Origin: a virus
Reading direction: 5' to 3' (one strand)
Virus genome (UHGV): UHGV-0149956
DNA: 64,000 bases
Of the stretch, positions 19,486 to 29,603 are shown one piece after another. Numbering within the stretch: the first letter of the stretch is position 1; the number at the start of each line of letters is the position of its first letter. Below the pieces are notes generated by a model. It worked only from the letters and a program-made list of their open reading frames with translations, searched no databases and was not told where the DNA came from. The position numbers and the translations under genes were made by a program.

Positions 19486-19492
19486 AAGGTAA
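19337..19492 (+). CDS. hok: Hok/Gef-family type I toxin
   Basis: MKQQKAMLIALIVICLTVIVTALVTRKDLCEVRIRTGQTEVTVFTAYESER; close to the Gef/Hok sequence as recalled. Confidence 0.85.
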   Translation: MKQQKAMLIALIVICLTVIVTALVTRKDLCEVRIRTGQTEVTVFTAYESER

Positions 19493-19560
19493 GAGACCTG
19501 GCGGGGAGAGATCTCCGCCACTCTTAGTGTGTCAGGTATCCTCAATGCACCCTTTCATCT

Positions 19561-19588
19561 CCAAATAAAAAAGCTCCCGAAGGAGCTT
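19561..19588 (-). terminator. Rho-independent terminator (bidirectional hairpin)
   Basis: Stem AAGCTCC/GGAGCTT with CGAA loop; T-run on minus strand after the 169-aa gene. Confidence 0.6.
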
Positions 19589-19608
19589 TAAAATACAAGG
19601 GATGACTC

Positions 19609-20118
19609 TTAATCCCACTCAATCCAGTTGTAGACGATACGAAGTGACGGGCGCACAGCGGCAGTCACATCTTCGGTACTAAAGTCGATTGCATCACTGT
19701 AGATTTTGCAGTCCAACATTTCAATTGTTGTAGCAGCTTTTGTTACAGCGTTAACCCCGGAAGATTTGGATTCAGGGGTAGCAGCCATCGTGATATCAAC
19801 ATAGTCCTTCGCCGCAATGCGATCCTTGATGAACTGAAGAATATCGCCTTCGATAGTCTCCACGCACTGGACCTGGATTTCCCCAGAGTTTCGAATTGGT
19901 CCGTGCTGGTTGAACTTCACACCATTCGGACCATAGTCCTCCACATCCTCGCGGGTCATTTCAGGAATTTGCGACGTGCGAACCAGTACGCTGATATCTT
20001 CATGGCCTGCAAAAGTGAGCTGGAATTCAGAAGATACCAGTCGTTCGCCTTTGGCCGCGTTGGCAGTATAGCGGCCCTTAATAAATTTACGGTTTCCCTT
20101 AGTGTTATTGTGCCCCAT
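19609..20118 (-). CDS. Tail structural protein (possible tail tube)
   Basis: 169-aa ORF downstream of sheath-like gene. Confidence 0.4.
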   Translation of the reverse strand: MGHNNTKGNRKFIKGRYTANAAKGERLVSSEFQLTFAGHEDISVLVRTSQIPEMTREDVEDYGPNGVKFNQHGPIRNSGEIQVQCVETIEGDILQFIKDRIAAKDYVDITMAATPESKSSGVNAVTKAATTIEMLDCKIYSDAIDFSTEDVTAAVRPSLRIVYNWIEWD

Positions 20119-20129
20119 ATAAAATCCTT

Positions 20130-20711
20130 TTACTGGAACGCCCGAACAATATCGGAGCTGTTATATATCGAAGAACCGGTCAACTGGAGGTTGACGGTGT
20201 TTTTCAGGAAATGCCCATTGCTGTCCCTGGGCGCATCGAGATCGAAACTTATGTCCTGGATAGCGACATCAATGATGTTGATCCGGCGACCAATGTTTAG
20301 CGTCACACGCTCCGGGATTCGACCACCAATACTGGCATCTTTAAGTTCCGGGCTAATCATCGCTGACAATGCGGCGATAGCTCCTGAAACCTCCGTGAAT
20401 GGGTCAAACAAAGCGATGAAAGTTACTGGCAGCGTGAAAGTCGGCGGTGTTCCCCCCTCCCAAACCATTAAGCTGTTCCAACGGGCCACCGACGTTGTTT
20501 CAGTACCAACCTGCGCAAAACCACTGAAAGCACCAGCAACAGACCCCATGGACATACCGGTAAACGGCGCTTCCCAATTCTGGGCCATATTCATTGCTGC
20601 CCCCTGGCTGATATATCCGGTAACCTGGTACTGAGAGTTCGTTAAAGTAACTTTCAGAAATGGCGATACACCGTCAGCCTGGCTGTAAACCCCATAAGGT
20701 ATAGGTGCCAT
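20130..20711 (-). CDS. Tail structural protein
   Basis: 193-aa ORF in the same operon. Confidence 0.35.
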   Translation of the reverse strand: MAPIPYGVYSQADGVSPFLKVTLTNSQYQVTGYISQGAAMNMAQNWEAPFTGMSMGSVAGAFSGFAQVGTETTSVARWNSLMVWEGGTPPTFTLPVTFIALFDPFTEVSGAIAALSAMISPELKDASIGGRIPERVTLNIGRRINIIDVAIQDISFDLDAPRDSNGHFLKNTVNLQLTGSSIYNSSDIVRAFQ

Positions 20712-20746
20712 TCAAGTTAAAGGCCGGAGTTCTCCGGCCTCCTCCT

Positions 20747-21562
20747 TTAGCCAAGGCGCTTACGGCGCAGTTTCATTGACTTTTTGCGGGCAAGTTTTGC
20801 CGCGCCGGTCTGGGCTTTTCGACGCGCTTTTTTCAGCGCCGATTTTTGAGCCGCAGTCAGACGTTTTTTACGCAGGCGTTTACGGATGAGTTTGATCTCA
20901 CCGTTACGAACAACCTTCTTAAATGCTTCAGTCAGCATTTCATCAGAAGTGCCAGCTACAACAAACGCCGCTTCCAGTTCGTCACGGTCGTCGCTATCTA
21001 AACCAGCGATAGAGGCACCAACATCAGCTGCTGCGTCGTCGTCTTCATCGTCAGCCAGTGCTTCGATCAGGTCATCATCTACACCGCATGCTGCGAGGAA
21101 GTCAGCAACATTTGCCCATGCTTCGTTATAGGCATCGTCCTGTTCTTCTGTAACTTCGGCGTCGTCGTCATCAGAGATACCAGCGATAGCCTGAACGAAA
21201 CCATCAAGGGAGTCGAAAGTCAGATCACCGCTATCAGCCCAGGCGAAAACGGCGTCGGCCGCATCACTCAACGCATTCTGCATAGCACTTCGATTTGCAG
21301 CTTCCAGAATCATCTGGTGCGCCTGTTCGACGGTCCATTCTTTACCGTCTTTCCCTTCCAGGATTTGCTCAGGAGCCGGGGCAGATGGAACGTTATCGTT
21401 AGTCTGTGCCGCCGGTTCCGGATTATTATTAATAACCGGATCTGTTGGCGGTTCGGCGCTTGCTCGGGCAGACTCCATCAGCTGCACAGGATCAGAGTTC
21501 AAAGCGAAACGGGACAGTCCATTCCCCAAAAATGCCCCGGATTGAAAAAAGTTTTTGCTCAT
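20747..21562 (-). CDS. Acidic protein with highly basic C-terminal tail
   Basis: Asp/Glu-rich body, C-terminus KLIRKRLRKKRL...KLRRKRLG. Confidence 0.35.
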   Translation of the reverse strand: MSKNFFQSGAFLGNGLSRFALNSDPVQLMESARASAEPPTDPVINNNPEPAAQTNDNVPSAPAPEQILEGKDGKEWTVEQAHQMILEAANRSAMQNALSDAADAVFAWADSGDLTFDSLDGFVQAIAGISDDDDAEVTEEQDDAYNEAWANVADFLAACGVDDDLIEALADDEDDDAAADVGASIAGLDSDDRDELEAAFVVAGTSDEMLTEAFKKVVRNGEIKLIRKRLRKKRLTAAQKSALKKARRKAQTGAAKLARKKSMKLRRKRLG

Positions 21563-21571
21563 TGTATTCCC

Positions 21572-23161
21572 TTACTTAATAAGCAGCGGTACGCCCTGGA
21601 TACGACGGGCTACGCCAGTCGGGCAGCAGGCCCAGACTACTTCCCATTTATCGAATTCCGCCTGCGTAACTTTCAGCACATACGGTTCTGTACCGTCAGC
21701 ATCAGGATCACGAGGAGCCACCAGAGCGCCGGAGGCGACAAAGCGATCTAAAAGTTTGGTCATCCCTTTAGTCAGGCCAGCCGCAGTAATACCGTCCGGG
21801 CTATGCTTCATCTGTCGGGCTAACTGGACAAAGAAACGGCTGATTGCATTCATCAGGGATGGGACGTGCTGGAAGTGCAGATAGTTATCCTGCGTGCAGC
21901 AAGTTAAAGCATCGTCGATGATCATCTGGCCAGAGGTGCCAACAGATACTTTATTGAGACGGCCCTTGACCATTGCTTCTTCGTCCGGGGTATCTTCCGG
22001 ATACAGCGGTTGAATTGACGCACGAGCAATGACGGCACGTTCTTCACCAGCCGGTGAGTAATGCCAACCGCCGACATCAGAGTTTTTCTTGACGCCGCGA
22101 GCTTTCGCCGCATACGCCGCGCCAGACAGACCGAAGACCACACGGGATTGGGTCCATTTGTCTTTGCAGGAGAACGGGAAGTGATAGACAGCACAGCTTA
22201 CATAATCGGCACCAAGTAAACCGGTATCTTCAACAGCAGAGATCGCTTCCGTGTACGTCAATGTCGGTTTGACATCAAAGAAGCCATCAATCAGGCGATC
22301 TGCACAGATTTTACCTAATGCGGTGATAGCCGCATTGTCATAGCAGCCCAGGCCAAGAACAGCGGTGTACATGTACGGCGCATTATTCAGCACTTTAACC
22401 GCACGTAGGTACGCAGCGGTTGAGATTTTCGACTGATCACCGTTGGTACCACCAGTGAACGCCAGCGATTTTTTATTTGTTACTTTCGCCGTCGAAATCA
22501 GCTCTTCATTAACAACCGCGCGCAGATATTTAGAACGGGCTTCCAGAGCCGTAGGCAGATAACACAAGCGGCCCATGTCATCTTTCGCTTCTTCCGCCAA
22601 AGATACAGTGTGTGTCTCCAGGGTCGTTACCACGCCGAGCGAAGTCGTCTGGGTCAGTTTTAAGAGGAAGCGTTCATTACCCGCGCTATCCGCTGTTGCC
22701 GTTTCGATGGTTAACTCACGGGTAGGTGAAATACACGGATCACCATCATCAACGTAGATAGCAAAGGCTTCGCCACTATCAAGTTCAATTTCAGAACCGT
22801 ATGGCAACGCACTGTAAGCCGGTTCGCCTGATTCATCGAACATAATAATCGGGAACTTCGCATCATCCGGAACAGCACGAACAACATAACCAGACGTTTG
22901 CTGAATAGCTTCGTACACATGACGAATTGGTTCGAACTGTGAGCCGGAAGACGGCTTCAGCGGTTCGCCGAGAACATCTTCGTAATTGGACTCAGTAACC
23001 GCCAGAACAGTAAACGGCTTGCCACGCGCAAATACGCCAATACCAGCCCACAAGCTGCTATTTAATGCAACACCGGTAGATAACGTCGCATCGGCATTGA
23101 TCGGGCTAACCGCGACGCCGGATGCATTACCTAATGACTGTTGAATTGAATATTGAGACAT
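21572..23161 (-). CDS. Contractile tail sheath protein
   Basis: 529 aa; size and composition typical of myovirus sheath proteins; operon context with tube-sized genes. Confidence 0.5.
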   Translation of the reverse strand: MSQYSIQQSLGNASGVAVSPINADATLSTGVALNSSLWAGIGVFARGKPFTVLAVTESNYEDVLGEPLKPSSGSQFEPIRHVYEAIQQTSGYVVRAVPDDAKFPIIMFDESGEPAYSALPYGSEIELDSGEAFAIYVDDGDPCISPTRELTIETATADSAGNERFLLKLTQTTSLGVVTTLETHTVSLAEEAKDDMGRLCYLPTALEARSKYLRAVVNEELISTAKVTNKKSLAFTGGTNGDQSKISTAAYLRAVKVLNNAPYMYTAVLGLGCYDNAAITALGKICADRLIDGFFDVKPTLTYTEAISAVEDTGLLGADYVSCAVYHFPFSCKDKWTQSRVVFGLSGAAYAAKARGVKKNSDVGGWHYSPAGEERAVIARASIQPLYPEDTPDEEAMVKGRLNKVSVGTSGQMIIDDALTCCTQDNYLHFQHVPSLMNAISRFFVQLARQMKHSPDGITAAGLTKGMTKLLDRFVASGALVAPRDPDADGTEPYVLKVTQAEFDKWEVVWACCPTGVARRIQGVPLLIK

Positions 23162-23221
23162 AACTTTCCCTGTTATGCGCCCCGCACGGGGGCGCTATGT
23201 TAAACGGAGAACTTCCCCTGA

Positions 23222-24949
23222 TTACTCAGAGTCACCGGCATCAATCGTGTCGCCGCTTATGAAGTTAAGCCCGCCTTTTTTGGCCATTGTCAGCGTTACA
23301 CGAGTGAAGTAATCAGCGCCGTTGCGTGGGTGCATATCGTTGATAGCCGAACCCCACAGCGTGGTACGGTTGACCAGCGCCGGAGTGGTCGGATGCTGGA
23401 ACGGGATGGCCGGGACAGCATCACCAGTCACGAAGCCTGCTTTACCCGGATTTTCATCACGGACGTAGCACAGCACATCCATCGAGCTGAACTGAATGTT
23501 CTCTGTCGTTAAGTTCTTACAAATACCAGCAGGTACTTCGTACACTTTCACGTTACCGAACAGGGTACCGATGTAGTGAACATACGGAGTCTGGATATAG
23601 TCTTCGGCTGGCTGGAAGAAATCCTTCGGCAACTGTTTGAAGAAAGATGCTGCATCAGCACCAGCAAACATCCCCATCGCACCAGAAGATTTAACGCGCT
23701 CAATAATGTCGCGATATACAGTCTGGAATTTGCCACGAATGATGGTTGCCCATACATCAAAGGACTGGTTAACCGGCAGAGCGATGTCAAAGGTGTCGGT
23801 CGCAAGAGTGCGCCAGATCATGATGCGAAGACGCAGCATATCCTGTTCATGAGACAGGTATTCCTTCAGGGTGCGGAACTGTAGGGACCCCAGGTCCAGA
23901 CCAAATTCACGCTGTGCTTCATACGCCGCCTGTACCGTGTGCTCAGCCGCGATAACGAACTGACTTGGGAACAGGGTGTATTTCTTCATTTCGTGGTTGA
24001 TCAGCGGGATCAGCTCAGGAGCGGCTTCAATATTGATTTCCGTCTCAATTGCGATCTCAGTGCCTTTATCCGGCGCTTTGGAGAACGACAGGGCAATCTG
24101 ACCAATGTTGTAGTTCAGAGAGCAGGTAACAGTGATTTGCTCACCAGCAGCATTAGTAAACGAGTGAAGTAGGCTGCCGGAACCGTTATCAACAACAGAC
24201 TTAATACGGTTAACGTAGATGTTAGTGCGACCTTTTCGGATTGGTACATTCTGGCCTTCGAAGTCTTCCATCTTGAAGGTTGCGGTTTTGCTGGTGCCAT
24301 CGGAGCTTGCCACCAGCACATAGCGGCGACGTAACTGGCTGTACACACCGACGGATTGCATGTCCAGAACATCACCAGCAGCATAAGAACCAAAAGATGA
24401 ACCTGCCACGTTAAAGACTTCATAGATGTCGGACTGGTCACGCGTAACCGGAATGAAGGTACACGCATCAGCGGTAGCTGCCCCCAACTGAACAGGCAGG
24501 ATCATCGCGAGGAATAAAGGCAGACGCATAACACCGTCAGAAACGCTCATCATCTCTGCTGCGACGGATTCCAGCATCGCTTTATTAGTGGCATCCATGC
24601 TATTGCGGGTGGACTCAATCAGGCAGTTTTCCAGCGTCTGGTGGCAGGAGGCCAGAATTTCCGGACGCGGCATAGATTTATGTGCTGCGGCGTAGTCAGC
24701 CAGTGCACTTGCCCACGCTGTAGCGATTTGAGCGGTGGCATTATCAGAGATACCCGCAAAAACTGGGTCTTTACGTGCAGCTTCAAGGATAGATGCGGCA
24801 CGCGCGGCATCATCTTTAATGAATTGGTTATCAGTACCGAACTGCGCAGTGCTTGCCCAGCCAAGCACAGCTTTAGAGCGTTTTGCGATATCTGCAATAC
24901 GATTCTGGTATTCGCGTAAGTTACTCAATTTACTCTTCCTTAAACACAA
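23222..24949 (-). CDS. Major virion structural protein (possible major head protein); start probably internal
   Basis: 575-aa ORF at head of structural operon. Confidence 0.35.
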   Translation of the reverse strand: MCLRKSKLSNLREYQNRIADIAKRSKAVLGWASTAQFGTDNQFIKDDAARAASILEAARKDPVFAGISDNATAQIATAWASALADYAAAHKSMPRPEILASCHQTLENCLIESTRNSMDATNKAMLESVAAEMMSVSDGVMRLPLFLAMILPVQLGAATADACTFIPVTRDQSDIYEVFNVAGSSFGSYAAGDVLDMQSVGVYSQLRRRYVLVASSDGTSKTATFKMEDFEGQNVPIRKGRTNIYVNRIKSVVDNGSGSLLHSFTNAAGEQITVTCSLNYNIGQIALSFSKAPDKGTEIAIETEINIEAAPELIPLINHEMKKYTLFPSQFVIAAEHTVQAAYEAQREFGLDLGSLQFRTLKEYLSHEQDMLRLRIMIWRTLATDTFDIALPVNQSFDVWATIIRGKFQTVYRDIIERVKSSGAMGMFAGADAASFFKQLPKDFFQPAEDYIQTPYVHYIGTLFGNVKVYEVPAGICKNLTTENIQFSSMDVLCYVRDENPGKAGFVTGDAVPAIPFQHPTTPALVNRTTLWGSAINDMHPRNGADYFTRVTLTMAKKGGLNFISGDTIDAGDSE

Positions 24950-25065
24950 GGCACTTGTGTGAATCCCTTTTCGGAAGAGATTTTATTGAAAGTCACTTGT
25001 TGACTTTCTCGTGACAAGCAATTTTTTTATTTTTTCGGGAGGAGGGGAGGAAGGTAAAATCCAAG

Positions 25066-25148
25066 GTGAAATCGTGGCGATTTCACCTTGAAATTTTAGA
25101 GTAATTTACTTTAAAAACAGTCAGTTAATAGTGAAATTTGAATGGCGA
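25066..25148. promoter_or_regulatory. parS-like partition site
   Basis: GTGAAATCGTGGCGATTTCAC and GTGAAATTTGAATGGCGA: ATTTCAC heptamers plus TCGCCA hexamers immediately downstream of parB. Confidence 0.65.
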
Positions 25149-25152
25149 AAGT

Positions 25153-26154
25153 TTAAGGCTTCGGCTTTTTATCGAGGCTCTTTCTAAGGATATGCCCAAT
25201 CATCCTGTCGAGTTCTTCCTGTAACTCTTTTGAGAGTCGATTAAACTCATAAGAAAATGCACGGCCTTTCACGCGCTTCCTTGCAAAGCGATCCTTGTCC
25301 TCAAATTTCCATAATTCAGTAACTACGGACTTATCTTTAGAACCTTTATCCGTGAGTAGTGAGGCTTCCTTTGTTATCAAGCGCAGGATTTTATTTTTAA
25401 CTTCATCTTCGGCCATTTCTTCAATGGATAAGATGTCGTTTATTTCCGGGGATATGTTTTGAATAAGCTGATCAAACTCTAAATTCTTGTTCCCCATTTC
25501 GTCGCCAACAGCACAAAGCGTTTTGTAGTCCGAAAAGGTTAATTCCGACTGCACAGGGAAAAGGGCGACTAATTCTTCCGGAGCACTCGCTGCCTGGAGA
25601 GCACGCGTGACCTTCGCCTGAGACAGCCCTTCTTTGGCTGCAATATCCTTCTGACTCATCCCATCATTTTTCATTCGCATCAAACGCAGACCTATTTCTC
25701 GAATGCTGTGCTGCAATGCTGTCTGAACGTCTTTCGCTAAATTTTGCGCTTCCTGAACGCTGATCTCCTGGTCCGTGACTAAAACCCGCAACCCTACGTT
25801 CTCTAAGATGGCAGAAGCTCGACGCCGGGAACCATCCAAAATTTCAATTTTCCCTGTAGCCCGTCTGACACCTATTGCAGGGTAAAATTGCTGATGCTTA
25901 ATAGTGCTTCGGATACTTTTTAATGATTTTGGCGTAAGAGATGCCTGGTCACGCCCGTTGTTATGCTGATCAACAAAGGTATCGCTTTCTACCTGGTTCG
26001 GAGGTATTACCTCTTCAATAAATGTGGCCTGGCGACCAGTTGATAACTTGAATACCTGCTCGACTCGATCGCCAGAGGCTGAAGAACTATCAAATCCGCT
26101 TAATATTGAAGGATTAAGGGTTCGCCCAATTGTTGGTCTGTTTTTCTTTGACAT
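25153..26154 (-). CDS. parB: Partition protein ParB
   Basis: 333 aa; ParB-like motif GSRRRASAILENVGLRVLV and HTH region; follows parA. Confidence 0.8.
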   Translation of the reverse strand: MSKKNRPTIGRTLNPSILSGFDSSSASGDRVEQVFKLSTGRQATFIEEVIPPNQVESDTFVDQHNNGRDQASLTPKSLKSIRSTIKHQQFYPAIGVRRATGKIEILDGSRRRASAILENVGLRVLVTDQEISVQEAQNLAKDVQTALQHSIREIGLRLMRMKNDGMSQKDIAAKEGLSQAKVTRALQAASAPEELVALFPVQSELTFSDYKTLCAVGDEMGNKNLEFDQLIQNISPEINDILSIEEMAEDEVKNKILRLITKEASLLTDKGSKDKSVVTELWKFEDKDRFARKRVKGRAFSYEFNRLSKELQEELDRMIGHILRKSLDKKPKP

Positions 26155-26170
26155 GGGGGTTTCTTACTCC

Positions 26171-27367
26171 TCAGTTAGATCTGATAAATTCAATACGGTC
26201 AAAAACTGCTTTAGCAAAATCTTCCGCAGCAATTCGCGCGTTCTTCAATGCATCAGCACTACCAACATACGTTGCCGGGTTAGCTGAAATAACAGTGTCA
26301 AAAGACTCGCCGCAGCGTTCAAAACCGTCAAGGCGAGGGAGGACAACATCAAGCATATCCCCACCGAACACTTCTTTAGCCAGGCTATGGCAATACTTAT
26401 GGTCTGCCTTGTTACTCAACTTGGACATAAATCCAATGTTAGTTGCAAGCTGACACTCACAGCCTTCATCCGAAATGAGTTTCACCAACTCAGGAAGGCG
26501 GGCAACGTATTTAAGCGATGAGTGGAAATCAACCGTTGCAGGCGGCAGAGGTGTAAACAGTATATTGGCCGAGGCCAAAGCATTTTTCAGGAAGGCGTCA
26601 AGGTGAGGACCACTATCAACGAGGATAAAGTCATAATCGCTCTTCAGCTTATCAATCACATTTTCTTTCAGGACTGCATGGATGTTCTGACCCGGTAGAT
26701 GCTCATTGCACAGCTCTCTCCAATCGGATGCAATAAAGGCATCGTCAATCGACGCAGGCATAACGTCAACCCCAGGTACAACAGAAGGAACAATAAACTC
26801 CTCTAACAGCTCTTCACGGCTTACATTCTGCAACATAGCCTGTGCAGATGTTGCGTTTACGATACCAATAGAGTGTTTATGGCTTAAAAACATCGTTGCT
26901 GAAGATTGCGGATCAAGGTCAATAACCAGAATCCTTAAATCTTCCATCAGAAGATGAGGATGAGCACGCATTGCATGCGCCAGAGAAACCGTCGATACAG
27001 TTTTTGACACACCGCCTTTAAGATTGGAGATGAAAATCACATACGCTTCGCTGTAGCGATCCCGGTATTTTGGCACTCCGCGATGTTCATATATGTCAAT
27101 GATGTTCTGAATTGACATCGCATATTTCATTGAAGAGCCAGCAGGGCGTTTATCGAAAACATAACCCTTTTCTTCCATTTCACTTACGGCATAGTCAACG
27201 TTCGCACGAGTCAGTAGAGGCAATTTTGCCAGTGCCGCTTTCGCATAGACCTGGTAAAACTCGTTCGCGTGTAGCTCATCCTTTTGCAACTGTACTTGTT
27301 CAGTCAGAACATTGAGCATTCTATTTGCTCTTTGAGCAACCTTGTGAAGCTGGCTGGAATCACTCAT
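26171..27367 (-). CDS. parA: Partition ATPase ParA (type Ia, long N-terminal extension)
   Basis: 398 aa; deviant Walker A NLKGGVSKT; ILVIDLDPQ motif. Confidence 0.85.
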   Translation of the reverse strand: MSDSSQLHKVAQRANRMLNVLTEQVQLQKDELHANEFYQVYAKAALAKLPLLTRANVDYAVSEMEEKGYVFDKRPAGSSMKYAMSIQNIIDIYEHRGVPKYRDRYSEAYVIFISNLKGGVSKTVSTVSLAHAMRAHPHLLMEDLRILVIDLDPQSSATMFLSHKHSIGIVNATSAQAMLQNVSREELLEEFIVPSVVPGVDVMPASIDDAFIASDWRELCNEHLPGQNIHAVLKENVIDKLKSDYDFILVDSGPHLDAFLKNALASANILFTPLPPATVDFHSSLKYVARLPELVKLISDEGCECQLATNIGFMSKLSNKADHKYCHSLAKEVFGGDMLDVVLPRLDGFERCGESFDTVISANPATYVGSADALKNARIAAEDFAKAVFDRIEFIRSN

Positions 27368-27535
27368 CGAAAGTCATCCTTTATGCTGTATTTTTGAATT
27401 TAATTAAAAATGCTGCATAAAATAATAATGTATGCGTAGATGCTTGTACATAGCATTCTCTGCATGTTTGGTTCATTTTGCACGATTGAGAGTTACAAGG
27501 AGGGCACAAAAAAGCCCCGTTCAGGGGCATCAGTG

Positions 27536-28345
27536 TTATTTGCTAAGAGCAGCGAATAATCGTTCGAAATCGATAGTATCTATAGCACGCGTAAGCGCCG
27601 GAAGTTCAGCCTCAAAGTACCCGTGTCGATCGTAAAAGAAGGGACCGAAGAGCGAGGCATGTTGGATTCTACTTCGCCCCAGCCCGGACACACAGTTAAG
27701 CCCATTACCGGCTAAAAGGCTAAAAAACTTCTCTGGATTATCGTGGTAAAGCTGGGAATCAATGGTGGCGGTTAACTCTTCCATAGGGAAGCACACCCGC
27801 CCTGTATCCCAGGGATATTTAGTCCGAAGCATAAACATTGCTTTCAGCAATTCACATTGAGCGCGGATCGCGTCCGGTTCATAGCCAGATATGGAGACAT
27901 AAGCCACGTCCCTCATTCCTGCGTCATCTTTGAAAGTCACGATAGAAGTAACATCCAGCTCTTTTTCGAAAGAGCAAGCAGCATCTACTGGACGCTGAAG
28001 TAAATCATTCGACTTAATGCGCTCGAGAATCCCTCCCCACATATCATTTAGATATTCGATATGAGCCAAAACCTTATCAAGACACTCTCGTGTAAACCAT
28101 TCAGTATGCCCGCCACCGACGCTTTTCTCCCACGGCGCATTCCAGGGGAAAAAGGTTGCGTGTAAAGCCCGCTCAAGATTAACCATTGCCAAACGCGTAC
28201 CACGATAGACCCGTGAAAGCGCAAAATCGGGACTCACTTGTAGTCCTTTAAACCGTGCCAATGGACCACATGAAATGCCGATTTTAAAAGTATCTCCGTT
28301 CTCTGGCACCAGAACGTAGAGGTAGTGTTGTTTCTCTTCTTGCAT
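27536..28345 (-). CDS. T5orf172/GIY-YIG-like domain protein (cargo gene between iterons and parA)
   Basis: N-terminus YLYVLVPENGDTFKIGISCGPLARFKGLQ fits the T5orf172 motif. Confidence 0.4.
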   Translation of the reverse strand: MQEEKQHYLYVLVPENGDTFKIGISCGPLARFKGLQVSPDFALSRVYRGTRLAMVNLERALHATFFPWNAPWEKSVGGGHTEWFTRECLDKVLAHIEYLNDMWGGILERIKSNDLLQRPVDAACSFEKELDVTSIVTFKDDAGMRDVAYVSISGYEPDAIRAQCELLKAMFMLRTKYPWDTGRVCFPMEELTATIDSQLYHDNPEKFFSLLAGNGLNCVSGLGRSRIQHASLFGPFFYDRHGYFEAELPALTRAIDTIDFERLFAALSK

Positions 28346-28380
28346 ATCAATACCACTGCTTGATGAGAACCGCGCAAATG

Positions 28381-28518
28381 TTGACTATGCGCGAAGGTTA
28401 ATGTGAATAGTTGACTATGCGCGATGTGACTACAGTCAAAAGTTGACTGTAGTCGATTTAACTCCACCAAAGATCGACTATGTAAGATATTGTCGGGAGA
28501 AACGTTGACTATACGCGA
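28381..28518. repeat. Iteron array downstream of repA (incA-like copy-control locus)
   Basis: TTGACTATGCGCGA at 28381 and 28411, TTGACTGTAGTCGA at 28443, TTGACTATACGCGA at 28505, plus inverted GTGACTACAGTCAA. Confidence 0.7.
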
Positions 28519-28637
28519 TGAAATGCCCCTAAAAGCCATCTCAATAGCGACTTGCAGAATATTGACGCCAGCAAAAATCCACCAGCGTCAACGAATGTCG
28601 CCTATAGTCAACTTCTCGCTATCGCATATAGTCAATA

Positions 28638-29522
28638 TTATGGATTGCGCTTATGGATCTGGAAGCCGATTTTCCTGCCGTTTTTTATCTCTGAAAATTT
28701 AAGATATTCAATAGCTTCCAAATCTTTCATGGCTTTTCTGATAACGCTATTTTGCACGCTAACGGATGATTTGAGATTAAGCCTCGCTCTAAGGCGCTCA
28801 ATGCTGACAGGTGCCGGGTTGGCGGGTAGAGCCTCAAAGAATGTATACAGTACCTTGGCCGTCTCTTTGCGCCCTAGTTTATCCAGCATCTTCAGCTTCA
28901 GGATTCGCTTATAGTCAACATAGTAAAGTTCAGATAGCTGTTTCTGCGGCTGGATCTCGATAACATCAAGCTCGGTATTCAGGCTGCTATATGCCAACAA
29001 GTTGACGTTAATGTTATTGAGATGACCTTTTGCCGCCGGGAAGCGGAATTTGACAACTGTCTGCTGAATGCGTGTCAGAGAGTCATCAATACTTTTACGG
29101 AACGCCTTTGAAAGGCGCTTACGTGGATAGCCGCATCGATCGGCAAACTCGGAGAATGGCAGGGTGATTATGCCGTCATCATCAGGTGCGTAGTCAAACA
29201 ACGCGGAAGTTATGCCCACCCACACCTTAAAATCAGTATCCATATCCAGGCGTGGACCATGAATTTCAATTCCCTCATAGCCTTCCTGCTCAACAATTTT
29301 GAGGCTTGATAGTTCTTCAGTTGCGTTCGTTGTGTTTGTTGTAACTGACGATCCGCGACGTAGCGCCACATTGGTAGATTTTAAGGTTGGCACAAACACA
29401 CCTAAGCGCAACAAAGCGATGGGTTGTATAGTGCTGTTGTTATTGGGCTTCAGGCTGTGGATTTCTCCTGTATTTCCTGCAACTTCTTCAACGCTAAGGA
29501 AGCCTTTACTTTCTTCCGGCAT
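28638..29522 (-). CDS. repA: Iteron-binding replication initiator RepA (RepFIB/P1 RepA family)
   Basis: Motifs NNNSTIQPIALLRLGVFVPTLKS, ITGPRLDMDTDFKVWVGI, AKVLYTFFEALP; ATG at 29522 with GGAG 9 nt upstream. Confidence 0.8.
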   Translation of the reverse strand: MPEESKGFLSVEEVAGNTGEIHSLKPNNNSTIQPIALLRLGVFVPTLKSTNVALRRGSSVTTNTTNATEELSSLKIVEQEGYEGIEIHGPRLDMDTDFKVWVGITSALFDYAPDDDGIITLPFSEFADRCGYPRKRLSKAFRKSIDDSLTRIQQTVVKFRFPAAKGHLNNINVNLLAYSSLNTELDVIEIQPQKQLSELYYVDYKRILKLKMLDKLGRKETAKVLYTFFEALPANPAPVSIERLRARLNLKSSVSVQNSVIRKAMKDLEAIEYLKFSEIKNGRKIGFQIHKRNP

Positions 29523-29603
29523 CACGGTTTCTCCATGTGTGGCGCGGCCTGACGTCAATTTGGATGGCTGTTATCAACAGCTGTGAATATTCAGACTCTA
29601 AAA

